Origin: Candidatus Latescibacterota bacterium
GTDB lineage: Bacteria; Latescibacterota; UBA2968; GCA-2709665
NCBI GenBank assembly: GCA_965248435.1
Contig: OZ252100.1
Span: 5,536,001 to 5,600,000, forward strand
DNA length: 64,000 bases
Direction: 5' to 3'
Part shown: positions 7,901 through 16,384 of the stretch, piece by piece
Layout of the letters: each line of letters starts with the position of its first letter
Position numbering within the stretch: position 1 is the stretch's first letter
The notes under the pieces: model-generated
The model's input: the letters and a program-made list of their open reading frames with translations, nothing else
What the model was told of the DNA's origin: nothing
Database searches by the model: none
Program-made: the position numbers and the translations under genes

Positions 7901-8869
7901 ATGAGGCACATTTTGTTGCTGGGTGCCGGGTTTAGCAGGAACTGGGGTGGGCCGCTTGCCAGCGAGGTCTTCGAGCACCTCCTGGCGATTCCCGAAATCC
8001 AGCAGGATCCGTATTTGGGCCACTTGCTGTGGGAGACCAGCAAACCCAAGGGCGGTGGTTTCGAGCAGGCACTCGATAAAGCGAAGCAGGATGCTTCCAG
8101 CGATGTAGAGAAAGTACCGAGCCTGGAGGCTTTGCGGAACGGTGTGTCTGCCGTCTTCGATGTTATGAATCGGGGTTTCTTCGAACTTTTGGCCATTGAG
8201 CCAGAAGTTCGGACGTTCCTGTCGAAGTTCGATGCGATATACAGCCTCGATCAAGACGTCCTGTTGGAACATCACTACCTGAAGCATCTGGACTTAATAG
8301 ACCCAGACAGATGGACGGGTGCTCAGATCCCAGGGATGAGGCGGATACCCAGCAACGACACACACCCGTCCTGGGGAAAAGACACCTGGGTGCCCAATGA
8401 CGACCCGAGTGAGTTCGTTGTTTCAGATAGACTCCAACCGCTTTTTAAGCCCCATGGCTCTTCGAATTGGGTCGATGAAGAGGGTGGTGAAATGCTGATT
8501 GTTGGTGGCAACAAGGCAGGAGCGATTAAGGAACACCCAGTGTTGGATTGGTACTTCAGGAAGTTTGAAGAGGACATTACCTCGGAAGCGCGGCTCTTCG
8601 TTATCGGATACAGCTTTGGAGACAATCACATCAACGAGCAGATAATAAAGGGAGTCGGAGACGGGCTGAGGTTCTTCGTTTTGGATCCGCTTGGGAGCGA
8701 GGTGGCGAGACAGGCGAACCCATCCTACGGTGCGATGGTTATGGATAAAAGTGCCGAGGAAATGGCCTTCGAGGAAGGACTCATTGGCGCATCGAGGCGC
8801 AACCTCCGAGACATCTTCGGGGGTAACGATCCAATCTCGCACGCCAACATCATGAGTTTCTTCAAGTGA
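7901..8869 (+). CDS. SIR2-like (SIR2_2) domain protein
   Basis: LLLGAGFS, SLDQD (family TxNxD), KPHGS (family KLHGS), VIGYSFGDNHIN; RBS GGAGG. Confidence 0.85.
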   Translation: MRHILLLGAGFSRNWGGPLASEVFEHLLAIPEIQQDPYLGHLLWETSKPKGGGFEQALDKAKQDASSDVEKVPSLEALRNGVSAVFDVMNRGFFELLAIEPEVRTFLSKFDAIYSLDQDVLLEHHYLKHLDLIDPDRWTGAQIPGMRRIPSNDTHPSWGKDTWVPNDDPSEFVVSDRLQPLFKPHGSSNWVDEEGGEMLIVGGNKAGAIKEHPVLDWYFRKFEEDITSEARLFVIGYSFGDNHINEQIIKGVGDGLRFFVLDPLGSEVARQANPSYGAMVMDKSAEEMAFEEGLIGASRRNLRDIFGGNDPISHANIMSFFK

Positions 8870-8872
8870 AGT

Positions 8873-9006
8873 GGCTAACCGGGAAAGGATGGCAGACAGG
8901 CCGTCCCGTTTTGTGACACGGCCGTCGCTCCTTAGATCGTCCCCATCCGTAACCTGTATCGATATGCACCTTCGTACGCCATGGGGGGCAGGGAGGAACG
9001 TTATGG
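8873..9006 (+). repeat. Degenerate attC-like site after the SIR2 gene
   Basis: GGCTAAC 4 nt after the stop codon and GGAAC-GTTATGG 134 bp later, the same GAAC-GTT ending as the array sites; internal pairing is weak. Confidence 0.4.
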
Positions 9007-9020
9007 CGAAAACGATTACA

Positions 9021-9228
9021 ACCGTCATTGAGCCACAGCCGACCGCGCTTCGGCTGTCTGGCGGGCACCTTTAGCCCCTCCTGACGCCAGATCCGCTCCA
9101 CCCGCTTGTGGTTCACCCGCCAGCCGTCACTCCTGAGCAGGGCCGTGATCCTGCGGTAGCCATACCGCCCGTATTCGCTGGCCAGAGAGACGATGCTCGT
9201 GGTCAGAAGCTCCTCGTCGTCTGGCTTG
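9021..9228 (-). mobile_element. IS3-family transposase OrfB fragment
   Basis: DDEELLTTSIVSLASEYGRYGYRRITALLRSDGWRVNHKRVERIWRQEGLKVPARQPKRGRLWLNDG; no DDE core. Confidence 0.85.
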
Positions 9229-9431
9229 GAAGCCCAATCCGGCATAGGTGAAAGTGTCATCCCGTTTTTCTTCCTCGATCCAGTTCCAAAATGTTGCTGA
9301 GCCAGTAGCTTGGATAACTTCGCGGCGGCTTCTACTAAGACCGGCCATACCTGATAGCCGAGTCCGTAAGTGTTGGCCATTGGCTCACCTGTGTGATCTT
9401 CCGGCTCTGGAAGGCTCGCAGCAAGATTTGC

Positions 9432-9881
9432 TTAAGCTTCACCATCAGGTTCCTTTGGTTTACCCCCTGTTTTCCCGTAATTCTTCCTAATAGCGCGAAG
9501 CAATGAAAGTATCTCCCTCCGAAGCTCAGGCGGCGTCGCTTCAAATTCTTCCAACCACTCAGCCCACTCTTGGCGTCTATTGTAGTTGTAGGCAGGCGAA
9601 TCCTCCATGAAGACCGCCCCAGCGGAGAGCGAGTGCATTTGGACTCGTTGCTCCAGGTCGGCGTCGGATCGGGATGATCCCTCCCCAATAATTGCACCGA
9701 GATCAATGGGCAGGACCGCATGTATACGCAGGAGAGTCTTGAGCTCCAGGTTGTCCGAATTGACGTATCTCGAAACTCTCTTCTGAGTCACCCCTAACTG
9801 CTCCGCAAGCCAGACTTGGGTCTTTCCGGCCTCCTTTAGTGCCTTCCTGATCACCTCTCCGATTTTCATACGCTCCGCCAT
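9432..9881 (-). CDS. XRE/CI-like HTH repressor
   Basis: IGEVIRKALKEAGKTQVWLAEQLGVTQKRVSRY HTH; divergent from a small phage-type gene. Confidence 0.85.
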   Translation of the reverse strand: MAERMKIGEVIRKALKEAGKTQVWLAEQLGVTQKRVSRYVNSDNLELKTLLRIHAVLPIDLGAIIGEGSSRSDADLEQRVQMHSLSAGAVFMEDSPAYNYNRRQEWAEWLEEFEATPPELRREILSLLRAIRKNYGKTGGKPKEPDGEA

Positions 9882-9891
9882 ATCCTGAAAT

Positions 9892-9994
9892 TACGACAAT
9901 ATAGGTCTACTACCAAGCCCTTAAGTCATTTTTGCTTGCACCTATACGCTAAATTAGGTATATTTCACGCAGTATTATACCTTTTGCATACTAC
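9892..9994 (+). promoter_or_regulatory. Rightward sigma70 promoter with three candidate operators
   Basis: TTGCAC (9936)-17 nt-TATATT (9959); TACG-N7-AGGT at 9892 and 9945 (the latter between -35 and -10) and an inverted TAGT-N7-AGGT near 9979-9993. Confidence 0.6.
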
Positions 9995-10015
9995 TTCTCT
10001 AATAAGGAGGATACC

Positions 10016-10186
10016 ATGAGAAACGGCATCAAAATACTCCGACCCTACAAGGCCATGCGGCGAAAATGCCTAGAATGCACCGCCGGGAGCGTTAGGGAGG
10101 TGCGCCTCTGCCACATGTCGGACTGCCCGCTCTGGCCCCATCGGATGGGAAAGAGGCCGACCCCTGAAATACTGGAAATCGCATAG
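10016..10186 (+). CDS. 56-aa phage-type Cys4 zinc-finger protein (absent from the ORF track)
   Basis: RBS AAGGAGG; MRNGIKILRPYKAMRRKCLECTAGSVREVRLCHMSDCPLWPHRMGKRPTPEILEIA*. Confidence 0.8.
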   Translation: MRNGIKILRPYKAMRRKCLECTAGSVREVRLCHMSDCPLWPHRMGKRPTPEILEIA

Positions 10187-10365
10187 AAAGGGAAGTTTCT
10201 CAGAGGCACCCCATCCAAGACAGACCGAGGTGGATTTTCGATGAAAATCGCGACGCTCGTGCAGGGTTTTGAGATTCCGTGGGAAGGGAAGGCTGAACCC
10301 GCAGGCACGCCGAGGGTAGGGTGTGGGAGTATGAGAATTACAGTCGTTCTTGTCTCAAATCGCGA

Positions 10366-10465
10366 TGTCCAAAAAACCTCATCGAAATCCCCTGCGTAAC
10401 TACCTGAATTTACTCAGTCCATTTTTTTTGAATCTGATGTCCAACAAACTGATGAATTGTGGACA
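10366..10465. promoter_or_regulatory. res-like site of the serine resolvase
   Basis: TGTCCAAAAAAC at 10366 and inverted pair TGTCCAACAA...TTGTGGACA at 10438-10465 immediately upstream of the resolvase. Confidence 0.55.
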
Positions 10466-10484
10466 CCCCGAAGGAGGAGGAGCC

Positions 10485-11066
10485 ATGGACAGAAAAAGAA
10501 AGCGGGCGGCAATATACGCTCGCGTATCCACCCGCGACCAAGATCCCGACCTTCAGCTCAGAGAACTGGAATCATATGCTGAAAACAGGGGATTCGAGGT
10601 CGTAGGCCCCTTTGCAGACCGTGAGAGCGGCACCAGCACAAATCGTGAGGAACTGAACCGGCTCTGGAAGCTGGTGAGAGCGCGGAAGGTGGATTTGGTG
10701 CTCGTCTGGAAGTTCGACCGATTCGCCAGATCCATGAAGCAGCTCGTCGATGCGCTCGAGGAGTTTCAGCACCTGGGGGTGGACTTCGTGAGCCTGACGG
10801 AGCAGATCGATACATCCTCTCCAGCGGGCAAGTTGGTGTTTCACGTTATGTCGGCTATCGCAGAGTTCGAAAGGGAGTTGATCTCAGAGAGGGTCCGAGC
10901 CGGTATAGCGAAGGCTAGGGCACAAGGGAAGGTTCTTGGTAGGCCGAGGATTGATGAGAAGGTGGCTGAAGAGATACGCAGGCTGCATAGGCAAGAGAAA
11001 CTCAGCCTGAGAGAGGTAGGAAAGAGGCTATCAGTGTCGAAAAGTACTGTTGAGAACTATGCTTAG
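10485..11066 (+). CDS. Small serine recombinase (resolvase/invertase)
   Basis: AAIYARVST catalytic Ser, VWKFDRFARS, AEFERELISER, GRP plus C-terminal HTH; RBS GGAGGAG before ATG 10485. Confidence 0.93.
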   Translation: MDRKRKRAAIYARVSTRDQDPDLQLRELESYAENRGFEVVGPFADRESGTSTNREELNRLWKLVRARKVDLVLVWKFDRFARSMKQLVDALEEFQHLGVDFVSLTEQIDTSSPAGKLVFHVMSAIAEFERELISERVRAGIAKARAQGKVLGRPRIDEKVAEEIRRLHRQEKLSLREVGKRLSVSKSTVENYA

Positions 11067-11380
11067 GCGGGGCCGCACCTACTTGATTCCAGAGGTTGCT
11101 TCAACACCTCTCGCAACAACTTCCCCGGCCTGAAATGCACCTTCCGTCGAGCTGGAACGTTGACCAGCTCGCCCGTCCTCGGGTTGTGCGCGTTAGGCTT
11201 TGCCCTAGTTTGTTTCACACTGAGAACTCCAAAACCACGGGCCTCGATTCGCTCACCGTTGATCACTGCCTCAGCCAGTTCTCGGAAAAAGACATCCACG
11301 AACCGCTTAGCCTTCGTTTTGGTCATTCCCAGTTCGCCAGCCAGAGTGTTGGCCAAGTGCGTTTTGGTGGTCGTGGGCAA
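11063..11380 (-). CDS. HU/IHF-family DNA-binding protein (start uncertain)
   Basis: GERIEARGFGVLSV...AHNPRTGELVNVPARRKVHFRPGKLLRE. Confidence 0.9.
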   Translation of the reverse strand: MPTTTKTHLANTLAGELGMTKTKAKRFVDVFFRELAEAVINGERIEARGFGVLSVKQTRAKPNAHNPRTGELVNVPARRKVHFRPGKLLREVLKQPLESSRCGPA

Positions 11381-11564
11381 GCCTCCCTCCGAAAAGTTTC
11401 CAGAAGATAGTAGTATTGAGCCGCTAGTTGCCGCGTGTAGATTTGTGTGTAAGGTTCAACACCATCGGGATGTAGCGAAATCCATCCAAGTTCTGCTCCT
11501 CCCTTTCTTTCTCGAATCCTAGCCCTTCATATGCTTTAACTGCATTGGGCGGCGTTGGCTCGAT

Positions 11565-12278
11565 TCAATCCATGTGTGAGCGAACGATGTGAGTGAACTC
11601 CGACCAGTCGCGTACCTCCGCATCAGCGGCATCAGAAAGTGGTCCGCCTGAGGTAGACTGATCAGGGTTATACCAAATTGACCATAGCCCGGCGGATCTT
11701 GCTCCGGCGATGTCAAACTCTGGGCTATCTCCGCAAAACCAAGCTTGATGTGAACCTATGTGGAGCTTGGCAATCGCTACCTCAAAGAGGAGCGGATGGG
11801 GCTTCCGTATCCCGTAGTCCGCACTCGACAAGACAAATGAAAACGCATCCTTCAGACCGTGCCGTTGGAGTTCCCATTCCAGGACCGGTCCAGAAAAGGG
11901 ATTGTTGCTTACCACTCCCATCTTGATTTTCAGTAGCTTCAGCTCGTCCAGAGCGTAAACTATCCCAGGTTCGGGACTGTAGCGCACTGCTCCCTTCCAA
12001 AACTCCAATTCCATCTCCGAGAAAGAGAGGTTGAATCTGAGTCCGAGTTTATCGAATAGAATCCGCTGAAACGCCTGAACTGGAAATTCAACCATCCCGA
12101 GTAGATTCTCTACCCTAGAGTCCAATCGGTCTGCCTCTTCTTGGACTTCCTTTCCCGTCAAAACGTTAGGAGGGATTGCGAAATCAAGAAGCCTGGCGTT
12201 GCCAGCTTCGGGATCAAACCGGCGGTTACCGAGGATGGTGTCATGAAAGTCGAAAAGGATGGCGACCGGACGGTCCAT
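11565..12278 (-). CDS. HAD-family hydrolase (gene cassette)
   Basis: ILFDFHDT, VVSNN, RKPHP, GDSPEFDIAGA; starts just after attC R' GTTACGC; R'' remnant GCCCAAT at 11544-11550. Confidence 0.88.
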   Translation of the reverse strand: MDRPVAILFDFHDTILGNRRFDPEAGNARLLDFAIPPNVLTGKEVQEEADRLDSRVENLLGMVEFPVQAFQRILFDKLGLRFNLSFSEMELEFWKGAVRYSPEPGIVYALDELKLLKIKMGVVSNNPFSGPVLEWELQRHGLKDAFSFVLSSADYGIRKPHPLLFEVAIAKLHIGSHQAWFCGDSPEFDIAGARSAGLWSIWYNPDQSTSGGPLSDAADAEVRDWSEFTHIVRSHMD

Positions 12279-12381
12279 CACTTTGGATTTCCAGAGAAGA
12301 TTGAGTGACAATGCCGCGTAACGTTCTCGGGCCTTTGCGAACCCCGAAGGGGTTGTGCGAAGGTGCGACTGCACCGAGCCG

Positions 12382-13220
12382 GTAGGGTCAAGGAATGGCG
12401 CGCCAACATTAGGGTTCGGTGGCTATTCCAATGCTTTCGCATTGGGCCTCAGTCCGGCTCCCATCGTCACGGTTCCATCCCCTGCCACTTCAAACCGTAC
12501 GTGAGGTTCTCCCTCATACGGCTTTCCGACAACCTATCCTCCTGAGGCATTCGAGGTTTCAGACCCTTCAGTCCTTCACAGCCTGCCACATCAGGCCAGA
12601 CCGAAAGTCCTTTCCCCCTTGACACTCAGGTATAGCCTGCGCTGGAGTTGTCGTGAGCTTGTGGTTCGGTGTGGTTGGACCCGATCCTGTCGGGCCATGC
12701 ACCATCACTTACCTCCCCGCTCGGCACGGTTAAAGCAGAGGTCCTTCCCTCCGGTGCAGTTATGTTGTCTACACCATCACAGGTAATATGACCTCCTCCG
12801 ACTTCTCACACGGCATCCCTCCAGACTTCACGATTCGTCGCTTATACCAGAGGTCACGGAAGCTGTGGGCCTCCGACCGTATGAGACCTCCCTTGTTCCA
12901 CCACCAACTGTACCCACATTCCGCTCCCCCTACGCCGGGGAGTCCTTCGAGGCTGCATCTCCAGAGTCTTCGCCTCTTCCATGGCCTTCGCGTCCGTGCG
13001 ATCGCTCGGCTCTCCCTGGTTCCCATTATCGGGGCTAACATATCGACGCTGCAGGATTCCCTTTATGGTACGGACTGCAGGGTTGCACCTCCTTCACAGA
13101 GGCATACTCCGCTTCAGCACACCCGGTCACCCGGAAGCACTGGGAGCTCGCTACTCGGCTCTCTGGCGATTACCGAGACCGGACTTTCACCGGCAAGTTG
13201 ATGATGACTTCAAGGCACAC
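12382..13220 (-). ncRNA. Group II intron, ORF-less (IEP deleted), 839 nt
   Basis: 5' GTGTG; domain V AAGCCGTATGAGGGAGAACCTCACGTACGGTT; long domain VI ending CCCTAC; EBS1 CGCACGG (12994-13000) complementary to the exon end CCGTGCG. Confidence 0.9.
12591..12698 (-). pseudogene. Stub of the intron-encoded reverse transcriptase
   Basis: GGAGG, then MARQDRVQPHRTTSSRQLQRRLYLSVKGERTFGLA*; RQLQRRLY resembles the IEP N-terminus; no YADD. Confidence 0.7.
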
Positions 13221-13262
13221 CGCACGGGCGTGTTATGCGAAGCTGGCGAGTTCGCGTGCGAC

Positions 13263-13880
13263 CTATTTAGGACGCCACTTCAGAGAGTTCTTCTTGAGAA
13301 GGTTCTTTGCATCCTCAAGCATCTGATTTACGCCTTCGACAGCATCTATTCTTGCCGAACTCCGTAGTGCTTCGCTTATAGGAGGACGCCAATCTTTGCC
13401 GCTAGTACCGAGGGCAACTGCTTTTTGGACGGCCAATTTGTAGTTTTGCCGTATGTGTTCGAAGTGATTCTTGCAGTGTATGCGGCAATCGCGCGGATGA
13501 AATCCAGCGAACTCTTTGCCTTCTGACGTCTCGATGATTCTGAGCAGTACATCGTCAGGAATGCTGGACATATCACTCCAGCTCTGATGTGGAAGACCCG
13601 GAAGGCTTGGTAGTCTGCCAGTACTCGTATCGTCAGCGGCTTCCGCAGCCTTCTTAAGGGTTCTGAGACCGACCTGCACCTCCTCCTGTATTGACTCCAG
13701 AATTGCTACTCCTAGTTTGCTATAGGTTCGTCGTCGTCGCCACTCTCCGAGCCGGTCAACCGCAATGTAAGTCACTAGTGCGACGAGTATGGGGAGAAGC
13801 ATCTTCTCCAGAAAGAACACCAGTCCTACCGGCAGCAGGTTTTGTGTGGCTCTAAGAGTATCTAGCGTTGCAGTGTCCAT
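13263..13880 (-). CDS. Hypothetical membrane-anchored cassette protein
   Basis: ATG 13880 inside the cassette boundary; single N-terminal TM segment. Confidence 0.75.
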   Translation of the reverse strand: MDTATLDTLRATQNLLPVGLVFFLEKMLLPILVALVTYIAVDRLGEWRRRRTYSKLGVAILESIQEEVQVGLRTLKKAAEAADDTSTGRLPSLPGLPHQSWSDMSSIPDDVLLRIIETSEGKEFAGFHPRDCRIHCKNHFEHIRQNYKLAVQKAVALGTSGKDWRPPISEALRSSARIDAVEGVNQMLEDAKNLLKKNSLKWRPK

Positions 13881-13920
13881 TCGGATCACCTGAATCCATG
13901 TAGAGTCTTGCGCCAGTTTC

Positions 13921-14014
13921 GCATAACGTTCCCGCCACTTGCGAACCTGCCTATGGCGGGTTGCCGTCAGGCCAAGGCGCGAATGCGCCGGAGCCGCAGC
14001 CCGTCGTGTTATAG
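13921..14014 (-). repeat. attC site
   Basis: R'' CTATAAC ... GGGAAC-GTTATGC R', 94 bp with internal hairpins. Confidence 0.8.
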
Positions 14015-14067
14015 GCCGTGCCAACCCTAGTCGTATCTGAGAACTCGGCGTGGAGGATCAGTAAGTT

Positions 14068-15132
14068 CTAGAAGAAATATCTTAGAACTGATGTAGCTGA
14101 TTGATTGCACCAAAATTGCGCTATCAAATAGTCTTTGCTTCTCGCATCGAGATTATACGGTTGGTATCTGAGTATAGAACTCAGAGCAAAGGAGAACAGG
14201 TAGTCCGAAAGCAGTGGATGCCAGCGGATTGTAGATCCAGCCAACTCGACAGGGAAGGTGAACAACCAGTAGTGATCAGCGACACTGTCATAGACCGTTG
14301 GAATGGCGTAATCCGACAACTCTCTTGCTGCATCGCTCCTTACCTGTTTCATCGCCGTGGCTCGTGTCGATTGGGTGTAGGCAATGGCTTTGCCTCGGAC
14401 GATGGAATTCCGTCCGAGAAGTATAGCATTGACACGAAATGAATCCAGCCAGTCCTGCCTATCGAAATCCGTAACGCGCCTGCGGTCAACTATCGATAAA
14501 AAGGATCCCAAAGGAGACGATAGCATGCGTTGAGCGTTAGTCTTGTCCGCAAGCATCTCGAACCAGCATTCCTGATTGTTAAGTCGGAGAAGTGACTGAG
14601 TGCGAAAGACGTCCGGTGTAATCTTGTGCAGCTTGTGCAGTTCATCAGAAATATCGTTGCAATGACCAAGCACCTCCTTTAGGCTGATTCTAATACTACT
14701 CCTGTGTGGCCATTTTGTAGATGTTAGAGCCTGGTACATATGAGAGAACACATTCTCGCCTCTTTTTGTCGACGGCGGATGGATTTCCAGCTCATAGTCA
14801 GGAATGGTCACGGCACTCTGGACCGGAGCCCTCAATCCATGTAGTATGGACGCCGTCACGATCTTCTTGAAAGAAAAGACCTTCTTCAGCACCAGGAACG
14901 CTTTGGATAGGTTGAGGAAACTGTAGTAATAGAGTAGCCCGCCAGTTCGCCAGTTCGCTTTTCGCGCATCAAGGAAATACGTGCAGGCTTGATCAATGAG
15001 CGGACTTATGTTGCGCGGTTTCCTTGTATGGCGCAACATTACCAATTGCTGGCAGACCTGCTCAACGATGTCCTGAGATGTTATAAGGTTCTCAACAGGC
15101 TTGGATAGGGGAAAGTAGAGCTGAAACGCCAT
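14068..15132 (-). CDS. YaaC-family protein (gene cassette)
   Basis: LLYYYSFLNLSKA, HGL and FALSSILRYQP motifs. Confidence 0.75.
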   Translation of the reverse strand: MAFQLYFPLSKPVENLITSQDIVEQVCQQLVMLRHTRKPRNISPLIDQACTYFLDARKANWRTGGLLYYYSFLNLSKAFLVLKKVFSFKKIVTASILHGLRAPVQSAVTIPDYELEIHPPSTKRGENVFSHMYQALTSTKWPHRSSIRISLKEVLGHCNDISDELHKLHKITPDVFRTQSLLRLNNQECWFEMLADKTNAQRMLSSPLGSFLSIVDRRRVTDFDRQDWLDSFRVNAILLGRNSIVRGKAIAYTQSTRATAMKQVRSDAARELSDYAIPTVYDSVADHYWLFTFPVELAGSTIRWHPLLSDYLFSFALSSILRYQPYNLDARSKDYLIAQFWCNQSATSVLRYFF

Positions 15133-15174
15133 AGCTTTGCTTCTTATTTAAGAAGAGATCCTGGTTGGCATGGC

Positions 15175-15337
15175 CTATAACGTTCTCGGGCTTTTGCGAA
15201 CCTTGCCGACCTGCGAAGCAGGCTGGCAAGCGGGTTGCCCTGATGTTCTCCCCCTTAACGCAAACCCGCGTGACAGAGGCAAGGTTGCCAGAGGCCGGAG
15301 GGAGCGAAGCGACTGGAGCGAAAAGCCCGTGTTAGCA
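15175..15337 (-). repeat. attC site
   Basis: R'' TGCTAAC-ACGGGCTTTTCGC ... GCAAAAGCCCGAGAAC-GTTATAG; stem with one extrahelical base; 163 bp. Confidence 0.88.
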
Positions 15338-15411
15338 GAAGTCGCATCTGCCCGCCTCTCTCTGGCCAAAAGATCAGGGCGAGAATAAAACGCGCTCGAT
15401 TGCCGTGGTTT

Positions 15412-16044
15412 TTACTTCTGTTTTTGCTGTATGAAATGCCGACTGATCTCCGAAGCAGCGTGCTCTGCAAGCTCCTCTGGTGGTCGTAGGCCGTCCACCA
15501 CCAAGTCCGCATTTGCACCTACCTGTTGCTGCCGAGTGTAAAAATAGTGAAGTCCCACCTCCAAATATCTACGTAGACTGGCAATAGCATCCGCGCCGTT
15601 CGACGCATCTCTCAATACCATTCGCGCAAGGGCGACATCAAGGGGAATGTCGATATGCACAACGTAGTCAATCAAAGGGCGAACTTCATCTCGGTCGCGT
15701 CCCCAAGGCTCCTCTAAGAGAATGAACGGTGCCGGCTTGACACTTCTGCATCCGTGATCTGGTGGTTGGACCGACTGGCCCTCTTTCAGTACTCGAAGGT
15801 CTGCGGCTAGTTTTGGGACAGTGAGACGCTGGTTTGGATCCCCACCATCCTCAAGCCACCGGAGGAAACTGTTCTCCACGGGTTCGTCGTCGTCATAGGC
15901 CGAGAACCATTTTTGAACCGAATTGTAGGTGTCTAAGTATAGAACCGTGGAATCTGTCATTAGCTCATGAATTTTCCCAACAAGAGTCGTCTTTCCTGCA
16001 CCAGCAGGTCCGCTTACCACAATCACATGACTTTTACTATCCAT
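15412..16044 (-). CDS. P-loop kinase, uridine-kinase-like (gene cassette)
   Basis: VVSGPAGAGKTT, ILLEEP, DIPLDVALAR, ADLVVDG. Confidence 0.8.
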   Translation of the reverse strand: MDSKSHVIVVSGPAGAGKTTLVGKIHELMTDSTVLYLDTYNSVQKWFSAYDDDEPVENSFLRWLEDGGDPNQRLTVPKLAADLRVLKEGQSVQPPDHGCRSVKPAPFILLEEPWGRDRDEVRPLIDYVVHIDIPLDVALARMVLRDASNGADAIASLRRYLEVGLHYFYTRQQQVGANADLVVDGLRPPEELAEHAASEISRHFIQQKQK

Positions 16045-16128
16045 TGTTAAAATTTTCCAAAAAGGTGATTGCTGGTTTTCTTGGTTTTGCGCGTTGTGGT
16101 GTCTTTCTCGGTAGGGTGGGGCGATTTC

Positions 16129-16214
16129 TGCTAACGTTCTCGGCACCCACGAACCCGCGGAGCGGGTTGGGCGAAGGGGCGGAAGCCCCGGAGCCGTGGG
16201 TGCTCGTGTTAGCC
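16129..16214 (-). repeat. attC site
   Basis: R'' GGCTAAC-ACGAGCACCCACG ... CGTGGGTGCCGAGAAC-GTTAGCA; 86 bp. Confidence 0.88.
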
Positions 16215-16384
16215 GTCTGCGCAGATTCGGGTTCGCTCCTATCCAGGGCCTAAGGTTTGGTCAAGTTCCATGGCATATCTCAGCTCACGAAGGGAAGTGT
16301 CCTTTGTGTTGTGGAAACTGTCGTAAATACAGATCCAGTAGAATTTGGACATTGTCTCGTCTTCCGATTGTCAGGTTTGGGGGA

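Larger units (their letters stand above)
12316..13238 (-). repeat. attC site split by a group II intron (halves 13221-13238 and 12316-12381)
   Basis: GCATAAC-ACGCCCGTGCG | CGGCTCGG...AACCCCTTCGGGGTTCGCAAAGGCCCGAGAAC-GTTACGC; rejoined, it restores the AAC-ACG-N8-CGGCTC spacing seen at 13921-14014 and 16129-16214. Confidence 0.8.

Noticed and set aside
8862-9380. 172-aa ORF as a functional transposase
   Set aside because: Only about 68 central residues are IS3-like; the flanks are read-through of unrelated DNA and there is no DDE domain.
10350-10484. N-terminal extension of the resolvase
   Set aside because: A strong RBS precedes ATG 10485 and the upstream part is the res-like site.
12363-13367. 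Several short ORFs on both strands
   Set aside because: They overlay the structured intron RNA; only the 35-codon IEP stub has support.
13881-16253. ORF-track N-terminal extensions and small ORFs crossing attC sites
   Set aside because: They run through palindromic attC DNA; better starts lie inside the cassette boundaries.
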